Source: Acidimicrobiia bacterium (GTDB lineage: Bacteria; Actinomycetota; Acidimicrobiia; IMCC26256; JAENVU01). Taken from it: a stretch of 64,000 bases of DNA. Within the stretch, counting starts at the first letter, position 1. Each line of letters starts with the position of its first letter. The notes beneath the pieces are model-generated. The model was given only the letters and a program-made list of their open reading frames with translations. It ran no database searches and had not been told where the DNA came from. Location: positions 2,681-66,680 of the forward strand of contig JANPMG010000169.1 of assembly GCA_031422675.1 (NCBI GenBank). Direction: 5' to 3'. The position numbers and the translations under genes are program-made. Shown here piece by piece: positions 45,119 to 53,976 of this stretch.

Positions 45119-45513
45119 CCGCGACGCTGCTCGACGCGAACGTCTTGATCGCCGCAATCTACGAACAGCACGATCACCACGCCCAGGCAAGCGAGTGGTT
45201 TGAACAACACGCAAGCGAGTTCTCCACGAACGCGATCACCCAGGGGGCGTTCGTCCGCTTCCTGCTTCGCTTGGGCGCGCACTCCGACGACGCCATCCAA
45301 CAACTCGATCTGATCACCACTCACGCCCGGCACGAGTTCTGGCCCGCTGACTTTGCGTTCGCCGGGCCGATGCTTCAGGGCGTCATCGGCCACCGTCAGG
45401 TGACCGACGCGTACTTGGCCGAGATGGCGCGCGTGCGAGACGCCAAGCTCGCCACCTTCGACCTTGGTCTTGCCGCGGCCCACCCCGACGTCGCCGAACT
45501 CATCCCCACCTAG
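45115..45513 (+). CDS. vapC: Type II toxin, PIN-domain ribonuclease VapC
   Basis: LLDANVLI (first acidic residue), QVTDAYLA, and ATFD near the C-terminus. ~130 aa. Confidence 0.85.
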   Translation: MTATLLDANVLIAAIYEQHDHHAQASEWFEQHASEFSTNAITQGAFVRFLLRLGAHSDDAIQQLDLITTHARHEFWPADFAFAGPMLQGVIGHRQVTDAYLAEMARVRDAKLATFDLGLAAAHPDVAELIPT

Positions 45514-45523
45514 CATCGCCCGC

Positions 45524-46819
45524 GTGACCGGCAACGAGGAGTGGGCGCAACGCGACGCGGCCGTCGTGTGGCACGGGTTCACCCAGATGGACTCGTACAC
45601 CGAGAACTCGCCCATCGTCGTCGACCGCACCGACGGCCGGTACGTCATCGACACGGAAGGTCGCCGCTACTTCGACGCCATCTCGTCGCTGTGGGTCACC
45701 ACGCTCGGTCATCGCGTTCCCGAACTCGACGACGCGCTCATCGCGCAACTCCAACGCGGCGCGCACACCACGATGTTGGGGAACGGCAACACCATCGTCG
45801 TCGAACTCTCGGAGGCGTTGGCGAAGGTGGTGCCCGTCGACGATCCGCATTTCCTCTACGCGTCCGATGGTGCCAGTGCGGTCGAACAGGCGCTGAAGAT
45901 CGCCTTCCAGTACTGGGTGAACCGAGAGGTCGCGGGCAAGACCACGTTCCTCGGCTTCGGTGGCGCGTATCACGGCGACACCATCGGCGCGCTTTCGCTC
46001 GGCGGCGGCGGCTTCGGCACGAGCATCTTTGATCCGCTCCGGTTCCCGGTACTCCGGGCGCCGGATTTCGCCGACCCGGGATGCTTCGACGTGGCCTGTG
46101 ACCTGATCACGCGCCACCATGGCGAACTCGCGGCCGTCATCATCGAGCCGCTCGTCCAGGGTGCGTCCGGGATGCAGATGTGCGCGCCGGAGGACCTGAC
46201 TCGCCTCGCGACCGCGTGCCGAGACCACGACGTCCTGTTGATCTGCGACGAGATCGCCACCGGCTTCGGCCGCACCGGCACTCTCTTCGCCTGCGAACTC
46301 GCAGATGTTCGGCCGGATCTCCTGTGCCTCGGAAAGGGCATGACCGCCGGGTACCTCCCGATGTCGGCGACGGCTGCCAGCGGCGAAGTCTTCGCGGCGT
46401 TCCTCGGTCCCGATCTGTCCGAGAAGACGCTGTACCACGGCCACTCGTACAGCGGGAACGCGCTCGCGGCGGCCGTCGCCCTCCGCCACCTCGAACTCAT
46501 AGAAGCGTGGGACGTGCTCGAGAACGTTCGAGCGCGATCGGCCGAGTTGGAACAGCTGTTGGACGATCGGATCGCGCCACTGACCCAGGTGCGAGAAACT
46601 CGCGTGCGTGGCTTGATGAGCGGCATCGATCTCGCCCCACCGGTCGCCGGTCTGCGGTGGGGCCGCCGCGCGAGCGCCGGCGCAGTCGAGCGCGGCGTGC
46701 TCATCCGCCCGATCGGCGACACCGTGATCCTCATGCCGCCGTTGACGGTGACGTCCGAGGAACTCCACTCCACGGTCCGGGCCCTGCACGACTCGATCGC
46801 GGACCTCGACGCCCCGTGA
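45524..46819 (+). CDS. bioA: Adenosylmethionine-8-amino-7-oxononanoate aminotransferase
   Basis: VWHGFTQM N-terminal motif, DEIATGFGRTG, class-III aminotransferase. Followed by bioF and bioD. GTG start 10 nt after the vapC stop. Confidence 0.85.
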   Translation: MTGNEEWAQRDAAVVWHGFTQMDSYTENSPIVVDRTDGRYVIDTEGRRYFDAISSLWVTTLGHRVPELDDALIAQLQRGAHTTMLGNGNTIVVELSEALAKVVPVDDPHFLYASDGASAVEQALKIAFQYWVNREVAGKTTFLGFGGAYHGDTIGALSLGGGGFGTSIFDPLRFPVLRAPDFADPGCFDVACDLITRHHGELAAVIIEPLVQGASGMQMCAPEDLTRLATACRDHDVLLICDEIATGFGRTGTLFACELADVRPDLLCLGKGMTAGYLPMSATAASGEVFAAFLGPDLSEKTLYHGHSYSGNALAAAVALRHLELIEAWDVLENVRARSAELEQLLDDRIAPLTQVRETRVRGLMSGIDLAPPVAGLRWGRRASAGAVERGVLIRPIGDTVILMPPLTVTSEELHSTVRALHDSIADLDAP

Positions 46820-46841
46820 TCGTAGACCCCTCGCCTCCCAT

Positions 46842-46974
46842 CTCGGACTTTCCTCATACCTCGGACTTTCGTGCACTTTGGGGACCCGGGGGTCCCCAAA
46901 GTGCACGAAGATCGAGGTGGTGGCCGGTACGGCGGTCAGTACCGCGGTCAGTACCGCGGTCAGCACTGCGGCGA
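46842..46974. repeat. Composite bioA-bioF intergenic element with three parts: the direct repeat ctcggactttc x2 (46842, 46860), a 42-bp near-perfect palindrome (arms 46868..46887 / 46890..46909), and four tandem 12-bp units (46927..46974)
   Basis: Read directly: ttcgtgcactttggggaccc-gg-gggtccccaaagtgcacgaa, then gtacggcggtca, gtaccgcggtca, gtaccgcggtca, gcactgcggcga. Confidence 0.9.
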
Positions 46975-46985
46975 CGGGAAGCCGC

Positions 46986-48110
46986 GTGAAACCGGGGTGG
47001 GGCGATTGGGCCGACGCGGAGACGCGGCGGATCCACCGGGCCGGGCAGTGGCGCGCGCCGCGGGACTTCGACGGCGTCGGACCCGTCGGCGTGCTCACCG
47101 ACACCGGCCGCGCCGTCGTGCACTTCGCATCGAATGACTACCTCGGCCTCTCGCAACATCCTGGCGTCGTCACCGCCGCGCGCGATGCGATCGATCGGTG
47201 GGGAACCGGCGCCGGCGCGGCGCGCCTGATCGTCGGCAGCCGCCCCGTTCACAACGCCCTCGAACTCGAACTCGCCGAGTGGAAGCACACCGAGGCCGCG
47301 GTGTTGTTTCCCACCGGCTTCGCCGCGAACCTCGGCGTGATCAGCACATTCGGTAGCGCCGACACGCTCATCTGCTCCGACGAGCTCAACCATGCCTCGA
47401 TCATCGACGGCACCCGCCTCGCCGCGGCCGAGGTCGCGGTGTTCCCGCATGCTGACCTGTCGGCCCTGGACCGGATCATCCGAGCGCGCGCGGGCGGTCG
47501 GCGCGTCATCGTGGTGACCGACACCGTCTTTTCGATGGACGGTGACGTCGCCGACCTCGACGCGCTGCTCGCGCTCGGCGCCGACCACGATGCGCTGCTC
47601 ATCCTCGACGAAGCGCACGCAGTCCTCGAAGCCGACCGGGGCCTGGGCTCCGATGCGGCCGTGCTGCGGGTGGGCACGCTGTCGAAGACCCTCGGCGCGC
47701 TCGGTGGTTTCGTCGCCGGCCCACGTTCACTCACGGACCTGATCGTGAACCGCGCCCGCTCGTACATCTTCACCACGGCATCCACGCCCGCGGATACGGC
47801 CGCCGCGCTCGCCGCGCTGGCCGTCGTGCGCTCGCCCGAAGGCGACGGTCTTCGCGCGCGACTGCGCGCCAACGTGGATCAGCTCCGCGCGCGTCACCCG
47901 TCGCCGATCATCCCGGTCATGTGCGGAAGCGAAGACCGAGCCGTCGCCGCCGCCGCCGCACTCCTGGAACGCGGTCTGCTCGTGCCCGCCATCCGTCCGC
48001 CCACCGTTGCGCCCGGTACCTCGCGCTTGCGCGTCGCCATCTCGGCCGCGCACACCCTGGATCAGGTACGGGAACTCCGCACCGCACTCGACGAGCTGGA
48101 GCTCTCGTGA
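46986..48110 (+). CDS. bioF: 8-amino-7-oxononanoate synthase
   Basis: FASNDYLGLS motif, with 49 residues between the proposed GTG start and NDYLGL (comparable to E. coli BioF), and TLSKTLG PLP-lysine. The track ORF start at 46878 would read through the palindrome. Confidence 0.8.
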   Translation: MKPGWGDWADAETRRIHRAGQWRAPRDFDGVGPVGVLTDTGRAVVHFASNDYLGLSQHPGVVTAARDAIDRWGTGAGAARLIVGSRPVHNALELELAEWKHTEAAVLFPTGFAANLGVISTFGSADTLICSDELNHASIIDGTRLAAAEVAVFPHADLSALDRIIRARAGGRRVIVVTDTVFSMDGDVADLDALLALGADHDALLILDEAHAVLEADRGLGSDAAVLRVGTLSKTLGALGGFVAGPRSLTDLIVNRARSYIFTTASTPADTAAALAALAVVRSPEGDGLRARLRANVDQLRARHPSPIIPVMCGSEDRAVAAAAALLERGLLVPAIRPPTVAPGTSRLRVAISAAHTLDQVRELRTALDELELS

Positions 48111-48739
48111 CCACGATCTTCATCACCGGGACCGGAACCGAGATCGGCAAGACCTGGGTGGCCGTCGAACTCGTCGCCGAACTCCGCCGACGCGGTCACC
48201 CCGTGAGCGCGCGCAAACCCGCGCAGTCGTTCGGCTCGGACGAACGCGGCACCACCGATGCCGAACTCCTGGCCGCTGCCACCGGCGAAACTCCCACCGC
48301 CGTCTGCCCACCTCACCGGTGGTACGAGACCCCGATGGCGCCACCGATGGCCGCGACGGCGCTCGAACAACCGGCGTTCACGATCGCCGACCTCGCGGCC
48401 GAGACCATCGTCAGCACCGCGGGCATCACGTTCGTCGAAGGGGCCGGTGGTCCCCGGTCACCGATCGCCGCCGACGGCGACAACGTCGATCTGGCCCGGG
48501 TGATTGGGGTCGATCTCATCGTCCTCGTCGCCGACGCCGGACTCGGAACGATCAACGCCGTCGAACTCAGTACCCACGCGTTCCACGACTCCGAGACACT
48601 GGTGTTTCTCAACTGGTTCAACCCGCACCAGGACCTCCATCGCCGTAACCTCGAATGGCTCGCCGGCGCCGGACACCGAATCGCGACGGCGGTCGAGGCG
48701 TTGGCCGACGCAATCGAGCAACGAGTTTCGCAGTTCTGA
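48107..48739 (+). CDS. bioD: Dethiobiotin synthase
   Basis: IFITGTGTEIGKT P-loop. GTGA overlap with bioF. Confidence 0.85.
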   Translation: MTTIFITGTGTEIGKTWVAVELVAELRRRGHPVSARKPAQSFGSDERGTTDAELLAAATGETPTAVCPPHRWYETPMAPPMAATALEQPAFTIADLAAETIVSTAGITFVEGAGGPRSPIAADGDNVDLARVIGVDLIVLVADAGLGTINAVELSTHAFHDSETLVFLNWFNPHQDLHRRNLEWLAGAGHRIATAVEALADAIEQRVSQF

Positions 48740-48780
48740 GCACCTTCATCCGCTGATTCCATCGGTCACGGTGCTCTGGA

Positions 48781-48795
48781 CAAGGGAATCCCTTG
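48781..48795. promoter_or_regulatory. Perfect 15-bp palindrome caaggga-a-tcccttg upstream of the Lrp-family gene
   Basis: Read directly. A 1-nt centre rules out an RNA hairpin, so a dimeric DNA-binding site is the likelier role. Confidence 0.3.
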
Positions 48796-48828
48796 ATCGA
48801 CCCCCGGCCACCCGCCAAACTGTCGGGT

Positions 48829-49314
48829 ATGGGCCGATCATCGAAACCCGCCGCCGCCCGGCCCATCGTGTCCGTTGACGACGTCGACAAGGCCCTGATC
48901 GAAGCGTTGCAACAGGACGGCCGCCGTCCGTACACCAAGCTCGCGCTGGAAGTGGGCCTCAGCGAGGCCGCCGTCCGCCAACGCGTGCAGCGACTCGTCG
49001 AGTCCGGCGTGGTGCAGATCGTGGCGGTCACGGACCCGATGACCCTCGGCTTCCACCGCATGGCCATGATCGGGTTGAAGGTCGAAGGCGATCTCCGCTC
49101 GGTGGCGAACGACATCACCGCCATCCCAGAAGTGAGTTACGTGGTCGTGGTGGGGGGCTCGTTCGATCTGATGATGGAGGTCGTCTGCGAAGACGACGAC
49201 CATCTCCTCGAACTCCTCAACGACCGAGTCCGATCGATCGCCGGTGTGCGCAGCACGGAAACGTTCACGTACCTGAAACTGTTCAAACAGACCTACGCGT
49301 GGGGAACGCGCTAA
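48829..49314 (+). CDS. Lrp/AsnC-family transcriptional regulator
   Basis: LDKALIEALQQDGRRPYTKLALEVGLSEAAVRQRVQRL HTH followed by a RAM domain. Confidence 0.85.
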   Translation: MGRSSKPAAARPIVSVDDVDKALIEALQQDGRRPYTKLALEVGLSEAAVRQRVQRLVESGVVQIVAVTDPMTLGFHRMAMIGLKVEGDLRSVANDITAIPEVSYVVVVGGSFDLMMEVVCEDDDHLLELLNDRVRSIAGVRSTETFTYLKLFKQTYAWGTR

Positions 49315-49331
49315 CCAGAGGACCGCCGGTC

Positions 49332-50762
49332 ATGACCACGAAATACGACATCGACGACCTGAACGAGAAAGCCCGTCGCCATCTCTGGATGCACTTCACT
49401 CGACTCGGCGCCTACGCGACGCACGAGATCCCGATCATGGTGCGGGGCGAAGGTTGCTACCTCTGGGACGCGCACGATCGCCGCTACCTCGACGGTCTGA
49501 GCGGGCTCTTCACGGTCCAGCTCGGGCACGGCCGGCACGATCTCGCCCAGACCGCCGCCCGCCAGGCCGAGACACTCGAGTATTTCCCGATCTGGAGTTA
49601 CGGTCACCCGCCGGCCATCGAGCTCGCCGCTGCGCTCGCGTCACTCGCGCCCGGAGATCTCAACCGCGTGTTCTTCACCACCAGTGGTTCCGAGGCGGTG
49701 GAGTCGGCGTGGAAGTTGGCCCGCCAGTACTTCCGCGCCAAGGGCGAGGGCCAGCGGTACAAGGTCATCGCGCGCGAGACCGCGTACCACGGCACCACGC
49801 TCGGCGCCCTGGCCATCACCGGCATTCCGTCGGTCCGGACCCCGTTCGAGCCCCTCACCCCCGGCGCGAGCCACGTGCCGAGCACCAATCGATACCGCCA
49901 CCCCCTCGGCAAGGACGACGCCGCGTTCTGTGACTGGCTCATCCAGGGCATCGAGGACCGAATCCTGTGGGAAGGTCCCGAGACGGTGGCGGCCGTGTTC
50001 CTGGAACCGGTGCAGAACGCGGGCGGCTGCTTCGTACCACCCGAGGGGTACTTCCCGCGGGTGCGCGAACTCTGCGACAAGTACGGGGTCCTGATGGTTT
50101 CCGACGAGGTCATCTGTGCGTTCGGTCGGCTGGGGACCTGGTTCGGCGCGCAGCGCTACGACTACCTCCCGGACATGATCACGTGTGCGAAAGGACTCAC
50201 GAGCGGATATTCGCCGCTCGGTGCCGTGATCTGTCGCGACCATCTCGCCGAGCCGTTCCTCGAGGGCGCGTCGAGTTTCCTGCACGGCATCACGTTCGGC
50301 GGTCATCCGGTGAGTTGCGCGGTTGCGCTCGAGAACCTCGAGCTGTTCGAACGCGAGGACATTCTCTCCCACGTGCAGGCGAACGAAGCCGGATTCCGTG
50401 AACGGATCGAAGGCCTCCGCGACATTCCCATCGTCGGTGATGTGCGGGGCGCCGGCTACTTCCTGGCCTTGGAACTCGTTGCGGACCCCGAGACGGAGGC
50501 GCAGTTCACGAACGCCGAGGCCGAAGAGATTCTCCGCGGCGTCCTGTCGCCGGCGTTGTTCGAGGCCGGACTGATCTGCCGGGCCGACGATCGCGGCGAT
50601 CCCGTGATCCAACTCTCACCACCGCTGGTGGCCGGGGAGCAGCAGTTCGACGAGATCGAGTCGGTGCTGCGCCAGTGCCTCACGGACGCGTCCACGCACC
50701 TGCCGCGCGTTCATCCCATCGACCGCGCGGACCGGCGCGACGGCGGGACGGAGTGGTCGTGA
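49332..50762 (+). CDS. Class-III omega-aminotransferase (aspartate aminotransferase family)
   Basis: SGSEAVESAWKLARQY, SDEVICAFGRLG, and the KGLTSGY PLP-lysine region. Confidence 0.8.
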   Translation: MTTKYDIDDLNEKARRHLWMHFTRLGAYATHEIPIMVRGEGCYLWDAHDRRYLDGLSGLFTVQLGHGRHDLAQTAARQAETLEYFPIWSYGHPPAIELAAALASLAPGDLNRVFFTTSGSEAVESAWKLARQYFRAKGEGQRYKVIARETAYHGTTLGALAITGIPSVRTPFEPLTPGASHVPSTNRYRHPLGKDDAAFCDWLIQGIEDRILWEGPETVAAVFLEPVQNAGGCFVPPEGYFPRVRELCDKYGVLMVSDEVICAFGRLGTWFGAQRYDYLPDMITCAKGLTSGYSPLGAVICRDHLAEPFLEGASSFLHGITFGGHPVSCAVALENLELFEREDILSHVQANEAGFRERIEGLRDIPIVGDVRGAGYFLALELVADPETEAQFTNAEAEEILRGVLSPALFEAGLICRADDRGDPVIQLSPPLVAGEQQFDEIESVLRQCLTDASTHLPRVHPIDRADRRDGGTEWS

Positions 50763-51883
50763 GTCCGCTCACCGTCGGCGTACCCCGCGAGGTCAAAGAC
50801 GGTGAACATCGGGTGGCGATCACCCCGGACGGTGTGCACGAACTCGTCGCCCACGGAGTCACGGTGCTCATCGAACACGACGCCGGCGTCGATTCGGCGA
50901 TCACCGACGACGAGTACCACGCCGCCGGGGCGGGGATCGTCGCGAACGCGGCCGACGTCTGGGGCCGCTCGGGCATGGTGCTGAAGGTCAAGGAACCGAA
51001 GGAATCCGAGTTCGAGTTCCTCCGGCCCGACCTCGTGCTCTTCACCTACCTGCACCTGGCGGCGTACCCCCAGGTTGCCGAGGCATTGCTCGCCCACCGG
51101 ACCACGGGAATCGCGTACGAGACGGTGCAGGTGAACGGCGCCCTCCCACTCCTCGCGCCGATGAGCGAGGTGGCGGGTCGCATGGCCACGCAGGTCGGTG
51201 CGCGGTTCCTCGAACGGGAACTCGGTGGACGAGGGGTGCTGCTCGGTGGCGTCCCCGGCGTTCGGCCCGGACGCGTCGTGGTGCTCGGCGCCGGCAACGT
51301 GGGCTGGAACTCGGCGTGGATCGCGCAGGGTATGGAGGCCGAGGTTCTGCTCCTCGACAAGAACCTCGATCGGCTGCGGTGGGTGGACCAGATCCATCAG
51401 GGCCGGATTGTCACGCTGGCGAGCAACCGCGGCACGGTGGCGCGCGCAGTGGCCGACGCCGACCTCGTCATCGGTGCGGTCCTCGTCCCGGCGGGCCGCG
51501 CGCCCGTCGTCGTCACCGACGCCATGGTGCGCACGATGAAGCCGGGCGCGGTGATCGTCGACGTGGCCGTGGACCAGGGCGGCTGCATCGAGACCACGCA
51601 CGAGACGACCCACGCGGATCCGGTGTACGAGATGCACGGGGTGATCCACTACGCCGTCGGCAACATGCCGGGCGCGGTGCCGTTCACGTCCACGTACGGC
51701 CTCACCAACGCGACCCTGCCCTACGTGTTGCAACTCGCCGTCCACGGCGTTGCGCACGCGACCGCCTCCGATGCCGCGCTCGCGCTCGGTGTGAACACCG
51801 TGGCGGGGAACGTGACCCATCCGATCGTGGCCGAGGCACTGGGGACCGCGGCGACGGACCTCGGCGAGGCGCTCGCCGCGTAG
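50759..51883 (+). CDS. ald: Alanine dehydrogenase
   Basis: VGVPREVKDGEHRVAITP N-terminus, VLGAGNVG NAD motif. GTGA overlap with the aminotransferase gene. Confidence 0.9.
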   Translation: MSPLTVGVPREVKDGEHRVAITPDGVHELVAHGVTVLIEHDAGVDSAITDDEYHAAGAGIVANAADVWGRSGMVLKVKEPKESEFEFLRPDLVLFTYLHLAAYPQVAEALLAHRTTGIAYETVQVNGALPLLAPMSEVAGRMATQVGARFLERELGGRGVLLGGVPGVRPGRVVVLGAGNVGWNSAWIAQGMEAEVLLLDKNLDRLRWVDQIHQGRIVTLASNRGTVARAVADADLVIGAVLVPAGRAPVVVTDAMVRTMKPGAVIVDVAVDQGGCIETTHETTHADPVYEMHGVIHYAVGNMPGAVPFTSTYGLTNATLPYVLQLAVHGVAHATASDAALALGVNTVAGNVTHPIVAEALGTAATDLGEALAA

Positions 51884-51919
51884 CCGACCCGCCATCTCGT
51901 CACGAATCAAGGGAAAAAC

Positions 51920-53464
51920 GTGACCGACACCACCAATGCACCCGCCGCATCGAGCGGGGCGATCGACAAGGGCCTGAAGGCCGGCGCGATCGGGTTGACC
52001 TCCACCATCGTCATCGGGGTCGCGTCCACCGCACCGGGCTACAGCCTCGCCGCCTCGCTCGGTCTGGTGACCGATTCCGCCGGCGCTCAAGCTCCGGCGA
52101 TCCTGTGGCTGGCGTTCGTGCCCATGTTGTTCATCGCCGCTTCGTACTTCTACCTCAACCGCGCCGACCCCGACTGTGGCACCACCTTCACCTGGGCCGC
52201 GCGGGCGCTCGGACCCATCCCCGGGTGGCTCGGCGGCTGGACCATCATCATCGCCGACCTCGTGGTCATGCCGAGCCTGGCCCAGATCACGGGTTCCTAC
52301 GCCTTCCTCCTCTTCGACGCCGACGGGCTCGCCGAGAACAAATACTGGACGATGCTCGTCGGGGTGATCTTCATCCTGGCGATGACCTGGATCTGCGTCA
52401 TCGGGATCGAACTCAACGCGAAGACCCAGGTCGGGTTGCTCGCCGCCGAGCTGATCGTGCTCGTCATCTTCGCCGCGGTCGCGCTGTACAAGGTGTACAA
52501 CGGCGACCTCGCCGGTTCGGTCGAGCCATCGCTCGCGTGGATCAACCCCCTCGAGATCACCGACGCGTCGGCGCTCTCCGGTGGGCTGCTGGCCGCACTG
52601 TTCATCTACTGGGGCTGGGACACGGCGGTGACCGTGAACGAGGAGTGCGCCGACAGCAAGCGCACCCCCGGCATCGCCGCGATCGCCTCCACCCTCATCC
52701 TGGTGGGGGTCTACCTCATCGTCGGCATCGCCGCGCAGGCCATCCGCGGTCCCGGCTTCCTGAGTGCGAACAGCGACGACGTATTGGGTGCGACCGGCAA
52801 CCTGGTCCTCGGGTCACCGTTCGACAAGTTCCTGATCATCGCGGTGCTCACGTCCGCCGCGGCCTCCACCCAGACCACGATCCTGCCCGCCGCCCGCAGC
52901 CAACTCTCGATGGCGGTGCATCGGGCATTACCCGGCTGGTTCGGCCACATCGATCGGAAGTACCTGACCCCCACCAACGCCACCTGGACCTTCGGCATCT
53001 TCGCCGCCGCGTTCTACGCCGGGCTCACCCTCCTGAGCGACAACGTCTTGAGTGCATCGATCGATTCCGTCGGCCTGATGATCGCGATCTACTACGGCCT
53101 CACCGGAATCGTCTGTCCGATCTATTTCCGCCGCCACATCTTCGCCAGCGTGAAGAACTTTCTGTTCGTCGCCGTCGCCCCGCTGATCGGGGGCAGCATC
53201 CTCTTCTGGACGTTCGCGAAGTCGACGGTGGACTCGTTCCAGAACCCGGAGACCACGTGGTTCGGCATCGAGTCCTACTGGGTGATGGGCATGGCGCTCC
53301 TGGCCGTCGGTATCCCGATCATGTTGTGGTGGCGCAGCCGCGAAGACGCGTTCTTCCGGCGCGGGATCGACCCCATCGATCAACGCCCCGACCCCGACGG
53401 GAACGGCCCCGAGCCGCCACCGATCGTGGCCGGCGTCGATGCCAGCATCCTGAGGGAGGTCTGA
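51920..53464 (+). CDS. APC-superfamily amino acid/polyamine permease
   Basis: About 12 TM helices with APC-type N-terminal helices (GVASTAPGYSLA...). Confidence 0.75.
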   Translation: MTDTTNAPAASSGAIDKGLKAGAIGLTSTIVIGVASTAPGYSLAASLGLVTDSAGAQAPAILWLAFVPMLFIAASYFYLNRADPDCGTTFTWAARALGPIPGWLGGWTIIIADLVVMPSLAQITGSYAFLLFDADGLAENKYWTMLVGVIFILAMTWICVIGIELNAKTQVGLLAAELIVLVIFAAVALYKVYNGDLAGSVEPSLAWINPLEITDASALSGGLLAALFIYWGWDTAVTVNEECADSKRTPGIAAIASTLILVGVYLIVGIAAQAIRGPGFLSANSDDVLGATGNLVLGSPFDKFLIIAVLTSAAASTQTTILPAARSQLSMAVHRALPGWFGHIDRKYLTPTNATWTFGIFAAAFYAGLTLLSDNVLSASIDSVGLMIAIYYGLTGIVCPIYFRRHIFASVKNFLFVAVAPLIGGSILFWTFAKSTVDSFQNPETTWFGIESYWVMGMALLAVGIPIMLWWRSREDAFFRRGIDPIDQRPDPDGNGPEPPPIVAGVDASILREV

Positions 53465-53552
53465 GTGAGGCCGGGCCAGCACGATCTCAGCGGGCAACGC
53501 CGAACGGGGCCTGACCGGCCCGCCCCGCAGGGCCGAGAGGGGGAATGACGTC

Positions 53553-53975
53553 ATGACCGGAGAAATCGTCGTCGGCTTCGACGACTCCGAGGGCGCCGAG
53601 GCCGCCCTCCGTCGCGCGGTGGTGCTGGCCGAGCGAATGAGCTCGGCCCTCGTGCTCGTGTTCTGCACCGAGCCGCCGTCGGTCACCGCGGGAGGTGCCG
53701 GCGATCAACGCGCGGTGATCGCTTCGATCGCCGAGTCGGTGCTGGCGCGCGGCAACTCGATCGCCGCCGCCGCCGGGGTGCCCGCACGGGGTGAGGTGGT
53801 GGCGGCGCGTCCGGTCGACGGTCTGATCGCGGTGGCCGACCAGGTGGACGCACCCATGATCGTCGTCGGCCACCACGGCGAGGGACCGCTGCGCGGTGCA
53901 CTCCTCGGTGTGACCGCGAACCGTCTCCTCCACCAGGCCGAACGTCCGATCCTGGTGGTTCCCGCAACTGACTAA
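53553..53975 (+). CDS. Universal stress protein (UspA family)
   Basis: IVVGFDDSEGA N-terminus and the VVGHHGEGPLRGALLGVTANRLLHQAERPILVV ATP-binding C-terminus. Confidence 0.85.
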   Translation: MTGEIVVGFDDSEGAEAALRRAVVLAERMSSALVLVFCTEPPSVTAGGAGDQRAVIASIAESVLARGNSIAAAAGVPARGEVVAARPVDGLIAVADQVDAPMIVVGHHGEGPLRGALLGVTANRLLHQAERPILVVPATD

Positions 53976-53976
53976 C

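Noticed and set aside
46878-46985. N-terminal extension of bioF reading through the palindrome and the 12-bp repeats (MGTRGSPKCTKIEVVAGTAVSTAVSTAVSTAATGSR...).
   Set aside because: Both strands give near-mirror ORFs across the palindrome, which is a symmetry artefact. Starting at GTG 46986 reproduces the usual ~47-49 residues before the NDYLGL motif and has a GGGAAG SD.
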